Source of the DNA: Nitrospirota bacterium
Lineage (GTDB): Bacteria; Nitrospirota; UBA9217
Direction of reading: 5' to 3'
Length of the DNA stretch: 64,000 nt
Assembly (NCBI GenBank): GCA_963741205.1
Contig: CAVUHW010000020.1
Location: 192,001-256,000, forward strand
The notes under the pieces were generated by a model. It worked only from the letters and a program-made list of their open reading frames with translations. It searched no databases and was not told the origin of the DNA. The translations under genes and the position numbers were made by a program. Shown in pieces: positions 50,867-61,643 of the stretch (position 1 is its first letter; every line of letters starts with the position of its first letter).

Positions 50867-52615
50867 ATGGGTGAAGCCGGCGTGGGAAAAGGCATACTCA
50901 AGGGCGTCGTAAAGTTCACCGCAATACTCGGCGCCGGCTTTTTACTCCTGTTTGTTCTCAAAAAAATGCTGGCCCTGCCGACGCCGGACGGCTACCGGTT
51001 TTTCCCCGTTATCGGCAGCAGGGACTGGATCTGGATCGTCGCCCAACTGCATCTCAATTTTGCCGCTTTTGTCCTCGGGGTCCCTATCTTTGCCGTGACC
51101 ATGGAGTACCTCGGGTGGAAAAAACGGGAGGCGAGGCTCGACCGGATCGCTTATGATTTCACGAAGCTCTTCACGCTTGCTTATACCGTGACGGCGGTCA
51201 TGGGGTCGATCTTCCTCGTCAGCCTGCCGCTGCTTTACCCCACATTCATCGATTACATGATGAAAGTACTCGGCCCCACCTGGTGGTTGTATCTCGTCGT
51301 GATGTACGGCGAAGTGTTCGTCTGCTATTATTATTTTTATTCCTGGCACAAGCTCGCGAACCGGAAGGGCTTCCACGTCGCGCTGGGCGTGTTGTTAAAC
51401 GTCCTTGGGGCCATGCTGCTTTTGATTACCAGTGCATGGGTCGGGTTCATGACCACGCCGGCCGGCGTCAGCGCGGAAGGTGAACTGATGAGCCGGTGGG
51501 GCGCCATCCATACCCATATGTGGATCCCGCTGTTCCTGCACCGGTTCGTGGCCAATATCGTTTTCGGTGCCGGCATCGCCGCAGCCTATGCGGCGTTTCG
51601 GTTCATTACCGCGAAAACGGATGAAGAAAGGGCCTACTATGACTGGATGGGCTACAGCTCCGCGATCATATCGATAGGGGTTTCCCTGCTTCTTCCGGGC
51701 GTCGGCTATCTCCTCGGCGTCGAGATCTATTCCTTCAACGAACAGATGGGCATCCAGCTCATGGGCGGATTTTTTGCCTGGCTGTGGGTCATGCAGGCGA
51801 TCCTGATCGGTGCAATCCTGTTCTTCATCAACTACTACCTCTGGATATCCCTCCATAAAATGCCGGGCGGGGACCGATACTTCAAGTATGTAAAGTTCAT
51901 CTTCATCGTCCTTCTTCTCGGCTATGCGGTCTGGCTGACCCCCCATGATATCTCGTTAAGCCTCGAAGAGGCAAGACGAACGGGCACGTATCATCCTGCA
52001 TTGGGAAAACTCGGCGTGATGGCGGCCAAAAACACCGCCGTCATACTCTCCTATCTCGCCACGTTTTTGAGCTTTGCGATATTCCGGATGAGCAATAAGG
52101 AACCGACCGTATCGTGGGCAAAAACGGGAAACACGATCAGGGCGCTTCTCATCGTTGTCTCTTCCGCGGGTGTCCTCATCCTCGGCGTACTCAGTTATTC
52201 CGTTTCAGCCGCAGTAAGGGTCAAGGTGCTTTCCCCTATCCAGTTCGGTCTTTTCTTTTTCTCCCTTATCGCGCTCTATGTACTGGACAATTACATGTAT
52301 AAGGGGGCCCGGATCATCGGCGAACCCCAATGGGGCAGGATGCCCGAACGCTCGCAGTACGCCCTCATCGCCATTACGGTGACCTTCACCTGGCTCATGG
52401 GGATGCTCGGCTACATGAGGGCAGGCGCCCGGCAATACTGGCACGTATACGGAATCATGAAGAACACGAGTCCGGACGCCTATCTGCCGACCCACGGCTA
52501 CGCATCGATCGTGGTCACGATCGTCACGCTGCTGTTCTTCGTCCTCGTCTCCCTGGTCTTCTGGAGCATCATGAAACTTGAGAAGTTCGCCGGGGAAAGA
52601 AGGGAAAAATCATGA
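50867..52615 (+). CDS. Cytochrome bd-like oxidase subunit I (CydA-like, Nitrospira/anammox type; no cydB)
   Basis: Many TM helices; AQLHLNFAAFVLGVP and PLFLHRFVAN heme histidines; GYMRAGARQYW in place of GRQPW. Confidence 0.8.
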   Translation: MGEAGVGKGILKGVVKFTAILGAGFLLLFVLKKMLALPTPDGYRFFPVIGSRDWIWIVAQLHLNFAAFVLGVPIFAVTMEYLGWKKREARLDRIAYDFTKLFTLAYTVTAVMGSIFLVSLPLLYPTFIDYMMKVLGPTWWLYLVVMYGEVFVCYYYFYSWHKLANRKGFHVALGVLLNVLGAMLLLITSAWVGFMTTPAGVSAEGELMSRWGAIHTHMWIPLFLHRFVANIVFGAGIAAAYAAFRFITAKTDEERAYYDWMGYSSAIISIGVSLLLPGVGYLLGVEIYSFNEQMGIQLMGGFFAWLWVMQAILIGAILFFINYYLWISLHKMPGGDRYFKYVKFIFIVLLLGYAVWLTPHDISLSLEEARRTGTYHPALGKLGVMAAKNTAVILSYLATFLSFAIFRMSNKEPTVSWAKTGNTIRALLIVVSSAGVLILGVLSYSVSAAVRVKVLSPIQFGLFFFSLIALYVLDNYMYKGARIIGEPQWGRMPERSQYALIAITVTFTWLMGMLGYMRAGARQYWHVYGIMKNTSPDAYLPTHGYASIVVTIVTLLFFVLVSLVFWSIMKLEKFAGERREKS

Positions 52616-53127
52616 GGCAGGGCGTCCTCAAACTTGCGGCCATCGTGATCGGACTGAATCTGATTTTTCTCTATATCGGTCTGGAATTTTTACCCCAATC
52701 CGAATCCCGGCCCCCCAAGGTAATCAAGATAGAGGAAGGCATCTCCCCGGAGGACCTGGTCCGGGTCGGCGAAGAGATCGTCTTCGGAAAAGGCCAGTGC
52801 ATGGTGTGCCATCCCGCCAAAGCGGAATCGGGAATGAGGGCGCCGGCAATGGCCACCATAGGCGCGGACATGGAAAAGGAAGCAAAAACGAGAGGAATAA
52901 CCGTGGAAGAGCATGTCTTTGAGGCCCTGGTCAACCCGTCCAAATACGTCGTGAAAGGCTTCGAAGACATCATGTCGCCGGTGCACACTCCCCCGTCCTC
53001 GTTGACCGACGGCGAGATCATTGCAGTCGCGGCTTATCTGCAGAGTAACGGCGGGAAGGCGACGGTTTCCTATCCCGGGTCGGTGCCGATCTTAAGGGAC
53101 CAGATACAAAAGGCGGGAAGGAAATAA
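52612..53127 (+). CDS. Membrane-anchored monoheme cytochrome c
   Basis: N-terminal TM helix, CMVCH, distal Met (IMSP); ATGA overlap. Confidence 0.85.
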   Translation: MRQGVLKLAAIVIGLNLIFLYIGLEFLPQSESRPPKVIKIEEGISPEDLVRVGEEIVFGKGQCMVCHPAKAESGMRAPAMATIGADMEKEAKTRGITVEEHVFEALVNPSKYVVKGFEDIMSPVHTPPSSLTDGEIIAVAAYLQSNGGKATVSYPGSVPILRDQIQKAGRK

Positions 53128-53128
53128 G

Positions 53129-53932
53129 ATGCAATTCATATTTCCAGTCATCACGATCATCGGCCTTGCAATCGCCGTCATCTCCAGCCTGAAGAAATCC
53201 CCCTTCTTCAATTTTATCGGCATCCTCCTCGCCGTTTACGGCGGGCTCAAGAGCCTGGCCTTCATCATGCCTCCCCTCCCCGGCCAGGTCGTCGTCATGT
53301 TCATGATCATGTCCTTCTTTGCATTCCTCATCTATTTCTCCATCCAGGACGATACGCTGAAAGCCTTTCTCGAACCCATGAGAGCGGTACTCGCGGACGA
53401 TGACAAAAAAATCCTGCGTATGGCCATCGTGTACGTCCTGATCCCCTTGCTGGCCGCCTACCTCACCTACGCCTGGGTCAAGCCTGCCTTCGAACCACCG
53501 ATATCCGCGAGGATCACGCATCCGGAGCCGCCGTCGGAAATCGAGCTCAAGGGGAACACGATCAGGATACTCGGACTGGAAAATCCCTTGCGCAAGGACA
53601 CGGCAAACCTTGCAAAGAATACGACGGAAGGAAAAGACCTCTATTATCAGAACTGCTTCTTCTGCCACGGCGACGACCTCGACGGGAAAGGGAACTTCGC
53701 CCAGGCCTTCAATCCCGTCCCGCCCCCGTTCCGGGGCACTGACACGATCGCCCAACTGCCCGAGTCCTACGTGTTCTGGAGAATAGCAAAAGGATGGAGG
53801 GGGCTACCCGCGGGCGCTCATCCCTGGGACTCCGCCATGCCCGCATTCGAGGACTTTCTGACGGAAGAACAGATGTGGAAGGTGATCCTCTTTATTTATG
53901 ACGCAACCGGGAACAAACCAAGGACGTGGTAA
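53129..53932 (+). CDS. Multi-TM monoheme cytochrome c
   Basis: Four hydrophobic segments, CFFCH, WDSAMPAF. Confidence 0.85.
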   Translation: MQFIFPVITIIGLAIAVISSLKKSPFFNFIGILLAVYGGLKSLAFIMPPLPGQVVVMFMIMSFFAFLIYFSIQDDTLKAFLEPMRAVLADDDKKILRMAIVYVLIPLLAAYLTYAWVKPAFEPPISARITHPEPPSEIELKGNTIRILGLENPLRKDTANLAKNTTEGKDLYYQNCFFCHGDDLDGKGNFAQAFNPVPPPFRGTDTIAQLPESYVFWRIAKGWRGLPAGAHPWDSAMPAFEDFLTEEQMWKVILFIYDATGNKPRTW

Positions 53933-53956
53933 TAAATAGCGGTAACTGCTAAGGTT

Positions 53957-54079
53957 GTCATTCCCGCGAAAGCGGGAATCCAATGGCTTTTCCAGGGATA
54001 AATTCAAAATGGATTCCCGATAGAATCATTCCGCACTCGCGCTCCGGCGCTCGTAGACGCTGGGTGCAGGGGGAATGAC
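53957..54079. repeat. REP-like palindromic element
   Basis: GTCATTCCCGCGAAAGCGGGAATCCA ... TGGATTCCCG ... GGGAATGAC. Confidence 0.7.
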
Positions 54080-54151
54080 GACAGTTCGGTTGAGGTCGTG
54101 GCAGGCATTCACATACCTGAGCAGTTACAAGTAATGAAGGGAAACATCGTC

Positions 54152-55585
54152 ATGAATTTGTTCATAACCGTCATAATACTGATGCTGCTGCCCGCCTCCG
54201 CGCATCCCCAGGAGAAAGGGAAGGCCCTTTATGACCAGTGGTGCAGCCAGTGCCACGGCGAAAAAGGCGACGGCAAGGGCCCTGCCGCGGACTTCGTGTT
54301 GCCGAAGCCGAGGGATTTTACGAAAGGCACTTACAAATTTCACTCTACCGCTTCGGGCGAGCCGCCGCTGGATTCAGACATCATCCGGTCGATCAGAAAC
54401 GGAAATCCCGGCACATCCATGCCGCCGTGGAAACGGTTCAGCGACGACGACGTGAAGGCAATGCTCGATTATCTGAAAAAGTTTTCGCCCCCTGATACTT
54501 TTGAAACAAAGGGCACCGCCACGAAGATCAAAGCGCCGTCAACAAGCAAGGAGAAACTGATCGCTCAGGGGAAAGAGCTGTACGATAAGATAAAATGCTG
54601 GGAATGCCACGGCAAGGCGGGGCGGGGGGACGGTGAAAAAGGGTGGCAGGAAAAATTCAAGGACGATTGGGGCAATAAGGCCTATCCTGCTGATCAGACC
54701 CACCCATGGGAATACCGGAACGGCTCCGAGGTTAACGATATATTCGTGACTATTTCGGCCGGCATAGAGGGCACGCCCATGACCTCCTACGGAGACACGG
54801 TGCCGGAGGACAAGAGATGGGCGCTCGCCTATTACGTAAAGTCACAGCAACAGACGAGAAACCTCGGTCTTGCCTTGCGGGTGAAAAAAACGGAGACCAT
54901 CCCCTCTTCGACCGATGATCCCGTCTGGCAGAGCGTCGACTACCTCGATCTGCCGATGGCCGGACAGGTGATCTTCGAGCCCCGCGACTTTACCACACTG
55001 ATAACGAACGCGCGGGTGCGGGGAGTCTATACCGGTTCGGATTTGGCGATCATGGTTGAATGGACAGGGAAAAAGCATAATATCGGCGACGACGGCAATC
55101 CTCCCGATGCCGCCCGCATTCAGTTTCCCACGAAAGCTTCGGAAGGCGCCCTGCCGTACTTTTTCATGGGAGACAGGAAACTCGGCGTCAATCTCTGGCA
55201 GTGGAAGGCGTCGGACAATCTGGGTGTCGAACTCATGGCGGGGGGCACGGAGAATGTTACGCAGCAGGAACAGCAGGACATGAAGGTCACAGCCTCCTAT
55301 ACGGATGGATTATACAGGGTCATGTTCAGGAGACCTCTGCAAACCGCAGACAAGAACGACACCGTGTTCGAGGCCGGAAAATTTACTCCCTTCTCGGTCA
55401 CCCTGTATGACGGCAGGAACGGAGAGGAGAACAAGAAGGGTGCGATCTCCGCGTGGTACTATCTGGTGCTGGAGCCTCCGACGCCGGCCACCGTCTATAT
55501 TCTACCGTTCGTTTCGTTTTCTGTGTTCCTGGTCCTCGGTTTGATGCTTCATAAGATCGTCAGAAAAAAAGGGCAAGCGAGGTAG
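54152..55585 (+). CDS. Diheme cytochrome c fused to an ethylbenzene-dehydrogenase gamma-like (EB_dh, heme b) domain with a C-terminal TM anchor
   Basis: CSQCH and CWECH; DAARIQFP...PYFFMGD...VNLWQWKA...YDGRNGE...AISAWY; terminal TM helix. Confidence 0.8.
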   Translation: MNLFITVIILMLLPASAHPQEKGKALYDQWCSQCHGEKGDGKGPAADFVLPKPRDFTKGTYKFHSTASGEPPLDSDIIRSIRNGNPGTSMPPWKRFSDDDVKAMLDYLKKFSPPDTFETKGTATKIKAPSTSKEKLIAQGKELYDKIKCWECHGKAGRGDGEKGWQEKFKDDWGNKAYPADQTHPWEYRNGSEVNDIFVTISAGIEGTPMTSYGDTVPEDKRWALAYYVKSQQQTRNLGLALRVKKTETIPSSTDDPVWQSVDYLDLPMAGQVIFEPRDFTTLITNARVRGVYTGSDLAIMVEWTGKKHNIGDDGNPPDAARIQFPTKASEGALPYFFMGDRKLGVNLWQWKASDNLGVELMAGGTENVTQQEQQDMKVTASYTDGLYRVMFRRPLQTADKNDTVFEAGKFTPFSVTLYDGRNGEENKKGAISAWYYLVLEPPTPATVYILPFVSFSVFLVLGLMLHKIVRKKGQAR

Positions 55586-55593
55586 ACGCCGGT

Positions 55594-56580
55594 ATGTACA
55601 AGAAAATATATATCCCGATAGACAACTCGAAATACTCGCGCTCCTGTACGCTGATCGGAACTGACCTGGCCGGGCAATTCGGCTCGGAACTTACCGGCAG
55701 CCACATCTACAGCGCCAACTTGCACGACAGGCGGTTCAAGGACATGGAAGTCGGGCTTCCCGGTCACTACCAGGAGGAAGAAAGACTGAAAAAATCGCGA
55801 AAGGTCCATGACTCCCTGATAGGAGACGGGCTCCGGCTGATCTCCGACGCCTATCTTGAATCATTCAAACAGGAGTGCCGAAATTCATCGATCCCGTTCA
55901 CGTGCAAGATGCTGGAGGGTAAGAACTGGCTGGAGCTGGTAAAGGACGTGCGGAGCAGCGGTTATGACCTCGTGATCATGGGGATCCTTGGCCTCGGCGC
56001 AAGCAACGGCAATCTCATCGGGAGCGTCTGCGAAAGGGTCGTTCGGAAAGTCTCCGCGGACGTCCTGGTGGTAAAAAACGACGCCCCGCTTGCCGGCAGG
56101 ATCGTCGCTGCGATCGACGGGAGCGAGCATTCCTATGCCGCCTTCAGGAAAGCGCTGCTCCTGAGCAAGCGGTTCAGTCTTGGACTCGAGGCCGTTTCCG
56201 CATACGACCCTTATTTCCACCGAAGGGCCTTCCAGGCTCTCGTCGGCGTCCTCTCAGACGAAACAGGAAAAATGTTCAAGTTCAAAGACCAGGAAAAACT
56301 GCATGACGAGATCATCGACGACGGCCTGGGCAAGATATACCGGGAGTACCTCGATCGAGCGGTCCGGATGGGGCATGACGAAAGCGTCGAGGTGAAAAGC
56401 GCTCTTCTTGCGGGAAAGGCCTACGAGGAAATAAAAAAGTATCTGGAAAAAGAACCGCCGTCTCTGCTGGTCGTGGGCCGCTTCGGCGCGCACAAAACCG
56501 ACGAACAGGACATTGGCAGCACCACCGAGAACCTTCTCCGCCTCGCTCCGTGCAACGTGCTCATCACCGGCAACCAGTAG
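55594..56580 (+). CDS. Tandem-domain universal stress protein
   Basis: YKKIYIPIDNS, DLVIMGILG, IGSVCERV, IVAAIDGS and IGSTTENLLRLAPC. Confidence 0.9.
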   Translation: MYKKIYIPIDNSKYSRSCTLIGTDLAGQFGSELTGSHIYSANLHDRRFKDMEVGLPGHYQEEERLKKSRKVHDSLIGDGLRLISDAYLESFKQECRNSSIPFTCKMLEGKNWLELVKDVRSSGYDLVIMGILGLGASNGNLIGSVCERVVRKVSADVLVVKNDAPLAGRIVAAIDGSEHSYAAFRKALLLSKRFSLGLEAVSAYDPYFHRRAFQALVGVLSDETGKMFKFKDQEKLHDEIIDDGLGKIYREYLDRAVRMGHDESVEVKSALLAGKAYEEIKKYLEKEPPSLLVVGRFGAHKTDEQDIGSTTENLLRLAPCNVLITGNQ

Positions 56581-56674
56581 ACCGAACGATACCCATCCTC
56601 AAAAAGTGGAACAGGCTATGATCCCCGGTAAGGAGGCCGGAGATTGTGCACGCCAGCAGTTTATGATAAAAATT

Positions 56675-57570
56675 TTAGAGAAAATTGGGTGACACTTTTC
56701 CGTTGATCGTAACGGTAATTAACCCCTTCATCCTCAGCCAGGCCTCGACGGCGATCCGCCAGGCCGCTTGCGGCTGAACACCCCCATCACTGCATAGTAT
56801 ATCATCCTGCAAGTTTGTCATCCAAACATAGGCATCCCTCCTTTCCCACTTGGTAAACGTTCTTTTGTTCATGAAGTACACTTGGCAGGCGTTGCTGCCA
56901 TGTAGGCACGGACGGGGTTGATGGTTAAGGTCGTGTTCAACCGTCGATGCATAGGCTTCCATGTGCTCGCGCTGGCAGCTGGGCTTGTACGAGAGCTTTG
57001 CGGCAAGCCCGTTCTTCAGCTCGGTTTGCGCCTCTTCGATCGCGCCGTTGTAAGGCGGATAATGGACCGGGCTGTTCAAGGGCAGGACGAAGTAGTCCTC
57101 GAGCACGGCATTGACCGCCGCATGGTTCAGGTTGCCGCCATTGTCCCGTTTGAGGAACAGGGGCGCCCCGAAACGGTCGAAGGTTGCCGCAAGATAGCCG
57201 GATATTTCTTCGCCGCAGGGAACATCTCCTGTCATGGGACGTGAACTTGTAGCGAGACGCGAGGTCCTGCATATGGTTCAGGTACACCTTGCCGCCGTCT
57301 GCGTCATGATGTTTGTATTCGCAGGGGTCCATGGACCATGCGACGTTCGGCACGTTCCAGCTGATCCGCCGCAGATTCTGACGATGGGACGTGTTGAGAT
57401 CATGCCTCGCCATAGCTACCATACTCTGCAGGTCTCGCCGTGACACAGAGGACGCATGACGACCGTATAGTGCGCCTGTGCCCTGCGTGCGGTCCTGCCC
57501 GTGAGACAGCTTTGAGATATCCAGTCCAAGCCTCTCAAGATCCGGCGGTTTGACCTTGGGAGGACCTGAG
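56675..57570 (-). mobile_element. DDE (integrase-core) transposase remnant, 5'-truncated and frameshifted
   Basis: AWSMD, QDLASRYKF, FLKRDNGGN and PPYNGAIE catalytic-core motifs; the 5' end abuts a patatin fragment. Confidence 0.7.
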
Positions 57571-57833
57571 TGCGAAAAAGGTGATCGCCGTGAACGTGAA
57601 CTACAAGGCACTCGAAACGGAGGAGTTCGACAGCATCGTAAAAATCGCGGCTCACCTCTCCGCCCTCTGGGCGTCCAGGAACGCGCGGGTTGAAGAAAAG
57701 CTCGCGGACGTGCTGGTGAACGTCAATGTTAAGGGAATCTCCCTCTACGACCTCTCGAAGTCGAAAGAACTCCTCCGCCGCGGTCAGGAGGCCACTCGGG
57801 GAAAAATGACTTGAGATCCGGACACTGTTGTAA
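57571..57833 (+). pseudogene. Diverged duplicate of the 3' third of the patatin gene at 2405-2660
   Basis: KVIAVNVNYKALETEEFDSIVKIAAHLSALWASRNARVEEKLADVLVNVN aligns codon by codon with the first copy; differences are mostly synonymous. Confidence 0.85.
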
Positions 57834-58211
57834 AATACTATTGCCGTCTTCCGGAATGTACCCTTCAACTGATAATCGTTAAAAAAGTAACCATTTCAAA
57901 ACCCTTTTTTTTCTTTACTCCGTCTAATATTGTTATAAAATAGACCAACAATATTTTTTGAGGATCCCTATTTATCTTGCCAACTCAGTCTTGCGTTGTT
58001 GCTTGTGATACAGAAGTGAAGATAAACTTCTATCATACAAAGCATGATGCCGTATCCATTCTGGAACTCGCCCACATATTTTTTGATTGATGATGAAAAA
58101 AGATCCGAGAGATCAAGAGAAAACCTCAGTCCTTGTTCCGGCATGAGTACACTTTCAGCGTTATTTCAGCGTTCAGGAAGAACGGATTGCATGTAAAGGG
58201 CGGCCTGGACT

Positions 58212-61200
58212 ATGAAACTGCAGATCGCAAAACTGACCCGACCGCGCCTTACCGGAGTCGTAGAGCGCCGTCGCCTGTTTGATCAGCTTGACCGTATCAG
58301 CAAGACAAAGATCGCGTGGATCTCCGCTCCGGCAGGCTCCGGAAAGACGACGCTGGTGGCCAGCTGGCTCGATGCCCGGAAATTGCCTTGTCTGTGGTAC
58401 CAGGCAGATGAGGGCGACTCGGACATCGCTACGTTCTTCTCATACCTGGGTATCGCGGCAAAGCTTGCAGCCCCGCGGTATCGCAAACCACTGCCTCACC
58501 TCACTCGAGAATATCTGTCCAGCGTTACCGCATTCACTAAAAGCTTTTTCGAAGCGCTGTTCGGCAGAATGAAGCCTCCCTTTTGCTTCGTCATTGACAA
58601 CTATCAAAATGTTCCGCCGGAATCGCGGTTCCATGAGGTGGTCCGTGAAGGGCTGTGGACGGTCCCCGACGGCATGACTGTAGTTATTATCAGCAGGTCC
58701 GATCCGCCTCCAATGATGTCGCGGCTTCACATGAACAGACGTTTGGATATCATCAGGGCGGAGGAGATGGCGTTCACGTTCGAGGAGTCCCGGAAGCTTA
58801 TTACTTCACAGACGAGGGAAAAGCCACCTGACGATGTTATAAAGGCACTGTTCCAAAAGACGGTCGGATGGGCCGCGGGTTTGATACTTTTAACAAGGAG
58901 CGCCGCCCTGGGGGGCGACCTTGCCGAGTGGGATGATGTTCCCGTCGAACAGTTATACGACTACTTTGCGACCGAGGTTTACGAGCGGATAGATGATGAG
59001 ATGCGCACCTTCCTGCTCCTGACCGCTTTTCTCCCGAGAGTTACTGTCAGGGCTGCGGATGCAATTACCGGTAATAAAAATTCGGAACAGATATTGTCCC
59101 GTCTCAGTCGCACAAACTTTTTCACTGCGCGTCATGCAACCTCTGCGTTCGTATCCTACCAGTACAACCCTCTTTTCAGGGATTTTCTTCTGAATCGGGC
59201 CGGGGACCGATTCAGCCGCGCTGAAATCAACGGGATCAAGAAAAAGGCGGCTGAGATTCTCGAAACCGAAGGCCAGACCGAGGATGCGGTGCGGCTCCTG
59301 ATCGAGGCCGGAGAGTGGCAGGGGCTGATCGATCTCGTCATCCGCCATGCAACTGGGCTTATGACTGCGGGAAGATTTCGGACTCTCGAAGCATGGATGG
59401 ACAACATCCCCCAGACGATGACGGAGCAAAACGCGTGGCTCCTGTACTGGAAGGCATCGTGCCATATTACCTCAAGACCCGTGGAAGCCAGAAGCATGTT
59501 CGAAAGAGCATACGAGCTATCTCTGGACGCGCAGGATCCCACGGGATCCTTTCTCTCCTGGACCGGCGTGGTGAATACCTACATGTACGAGTGGCAGGAT
59601 TTTCAACCACTCGACCGATGGATTACAGCATTTGCGGAACTCCTGAGAAAGTACGAGGTCTTCCCTTCTCCGGAGGTCGAGGAGCGCGCCACATCCGCGA
59701 TCTTCGCGGCCATGATGCTCCGCCAACCCCAGCACCCTGATCTCCCTGTATGGGCGAAGCGCGTACAGGCAGTTATGCAAAGCACCGCGGACCCGTTCCG
59801 CCGCATATTCATCGGAAATAGTCTCCTCCTCTATTATCTCTGGACCGGCAGGATCAGCGAGGCAGGAGCGCTCGTGTCAATGCTTTCGCCTGTCATCAAG
59901 TCTGCCCAAGGAGCGTCTCTCCCCAAGTTCCGGTGTTTGAGGTCAATTGCACTCTATCACTTTTATGCATCGCAGCCGGAGCTCGGCCTGAGGACCGTCG
60001 AACAGGGACTCAGACTCGCTGAGGAAACCGACGTTCATCAAACAGATATGATGCTTTACGGAGCGGCAATCTATCATGCCGCACTTCTGGGAGATGTGGA
60101 CATGGCTGAAAGTTATCTGAAACGGATGGCGTTCGCTCGCAATCACAGCAGGCGGCTACGCTGATATCTTCTATGCCAGTCAGTCATCTCTTGAAGCTCT
60201 TCTTCGGGGCGATCATGAGACAGCAGTATTCCAGGCGGAAATCAGCGTTCGCCTCGCGGACGAGGCCGGTGTTCCCCTGATCTTGAACGCTGTTGAGTCA
60301 ATCGCTGGTGTTTATCCTGACGGAGGCACATCAATATGACAAGATCAGGCTGCACATTTCCGAACTCAGGAAAAGAGCAGAGTCGACCAGGAGCACGCAC
60401 ATCGAGGCATGGTGCTCGAGTTGCGAGGCCCAGCTTGCCCTTCAGGACGGCAATGACTCGCTTTTTGCCGAGCGCTTTAAACGGGCGATTGACGTATGCA
60501 AAGAAACAGGACTCAGGCTTTTGACGGTTCCGCCCTCAGCATTTTCTCGCATCTGCGCAAAAGCGCTTGATCTGAATCTCGAGACGGATTTTGTCAGAAA
60601 ACTTATCACCCTGAACAAACTCATCCCTGATAGCTCCACGGCTGTCGCGGACTCCTGGCCCTTCCCTCTCAAGGTCTACACGCTGGGCAGATACACACTG
60701 CTGCGGGACGAGAAGCCCGTTTTGTCCTCTGGCAAGGCCCAGCAGAAGCCGCTCGCGATGCTGAAGGCTTTAATCGCCTTCGGCGGGAAGGGTGTTTCTC
60801 AATCGCAGCTCATCGATGCCTTGTGGCCTGAAGCGGAAGGCGACGCCGCCAACCGGAACCTGGATACCACACTCCACCGCTTACGGAAGCTTTTGGGTGA
60901 TGATGAGGCGATCCTGCTTCATGAAGGACAGGTGAGCCTGAACAACACGCGTGTATGGACTGATGCGTGGGAGTTCGAACGTCTCCTGTGCCAGGTTGAA
61001 GATATGTGGAAACTAGAAGGAGAAAGGGCATGAGTCCGTAGCCGCTAAAGATCCGGCATGCCCCGATCCGGCAGCCCACCGTCCGGAACCCGATCTTGAG
61101 GAAACGATACGACTGACTGAAAAGGCTCTTGCTCTTTATAAAGGCCATTTTCTTCCCGGGGACGTTAAAGATACCTGTACTGTTTCGCTCAGAGAGCGTT

Positions 61201-61481
61201 TGCGCGCGAAATTTCTCCATTACACAAAGACCCTTGGCAGATACCGGCAGCAGTCAGGCCGCTACGATCTCGCGGTGGAGTGTTACCAGAGAGGGATAGA
61301 AATAGACGACCTTGCCGAGGAGCTGTATCAGCAGCTTATAATCTGCCACCAGAAACTGGGCCAGGAAGCAGAGGCCGTCAAAGTCTACTACCGCTGCCGC
61401 GCAATGCTTCATAAGGCATTCGGACTTGAGCCCTCCACAAAAACCAGGGAAATATATTCCTCTATACACCGCAACAAGTAA
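58212..61481 (+). CDS. MalT-like STAND ATPase transcriptional activator with a C-terminal winged HTH and BTAD (SARP-type) domain; several indels
   Basis: VERRRLF, APAGSGKTTL, FVIDNYQ, TVGWAAGL, YQYNPLFRDFL; LIDALWPE...TTLHRLRKLL; YQRGIEIDDLAEELYQQLI...GLEPS. Confidence 0.85.
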
Positions 61482-61572
61482 TTCTCGGCATTTCACCCCG
61501 CATCTTCCCCTTTTTCATCAGTTTGTTACTTTTTTACACACATTTTCTACAAAAAATTTACTTTTTCTTTCA

Positions 61573-61594
61573 ATCTGTAAGTCATCTGTAAGTC
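61573..61594 (+). promoter_or_regulatory. Perfect 11-bp tandem repeat, candidate SARP/OmpR-type operator
   Basis: ATCTGTAAGTC x2 directly upstream of -10-like TATGCT/TATGAT. Confidence 0.6.
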
Positions 61595-61643
61595 GGCCTA
61601 TGCTATTCTATGATATAAAATTACAAGGACAGAAAGATCAATA

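Noticed and set aside
54152-55585. Evidence for nitrite oxidoreductase or nitrite oxidation
   Set aside because: Only an EbdC/NxrC-like domain is present; no molybdopterin alpha or Fe-S beta subunit is in the window.
57571-57833. Patatin repeat pair as a diversity-generating retroelement TR/VR
   Set aside because: Mismatches are mostly synonymous third-position changes of all base types, not adenine-specific, and no reverse transcriptase is in the window.
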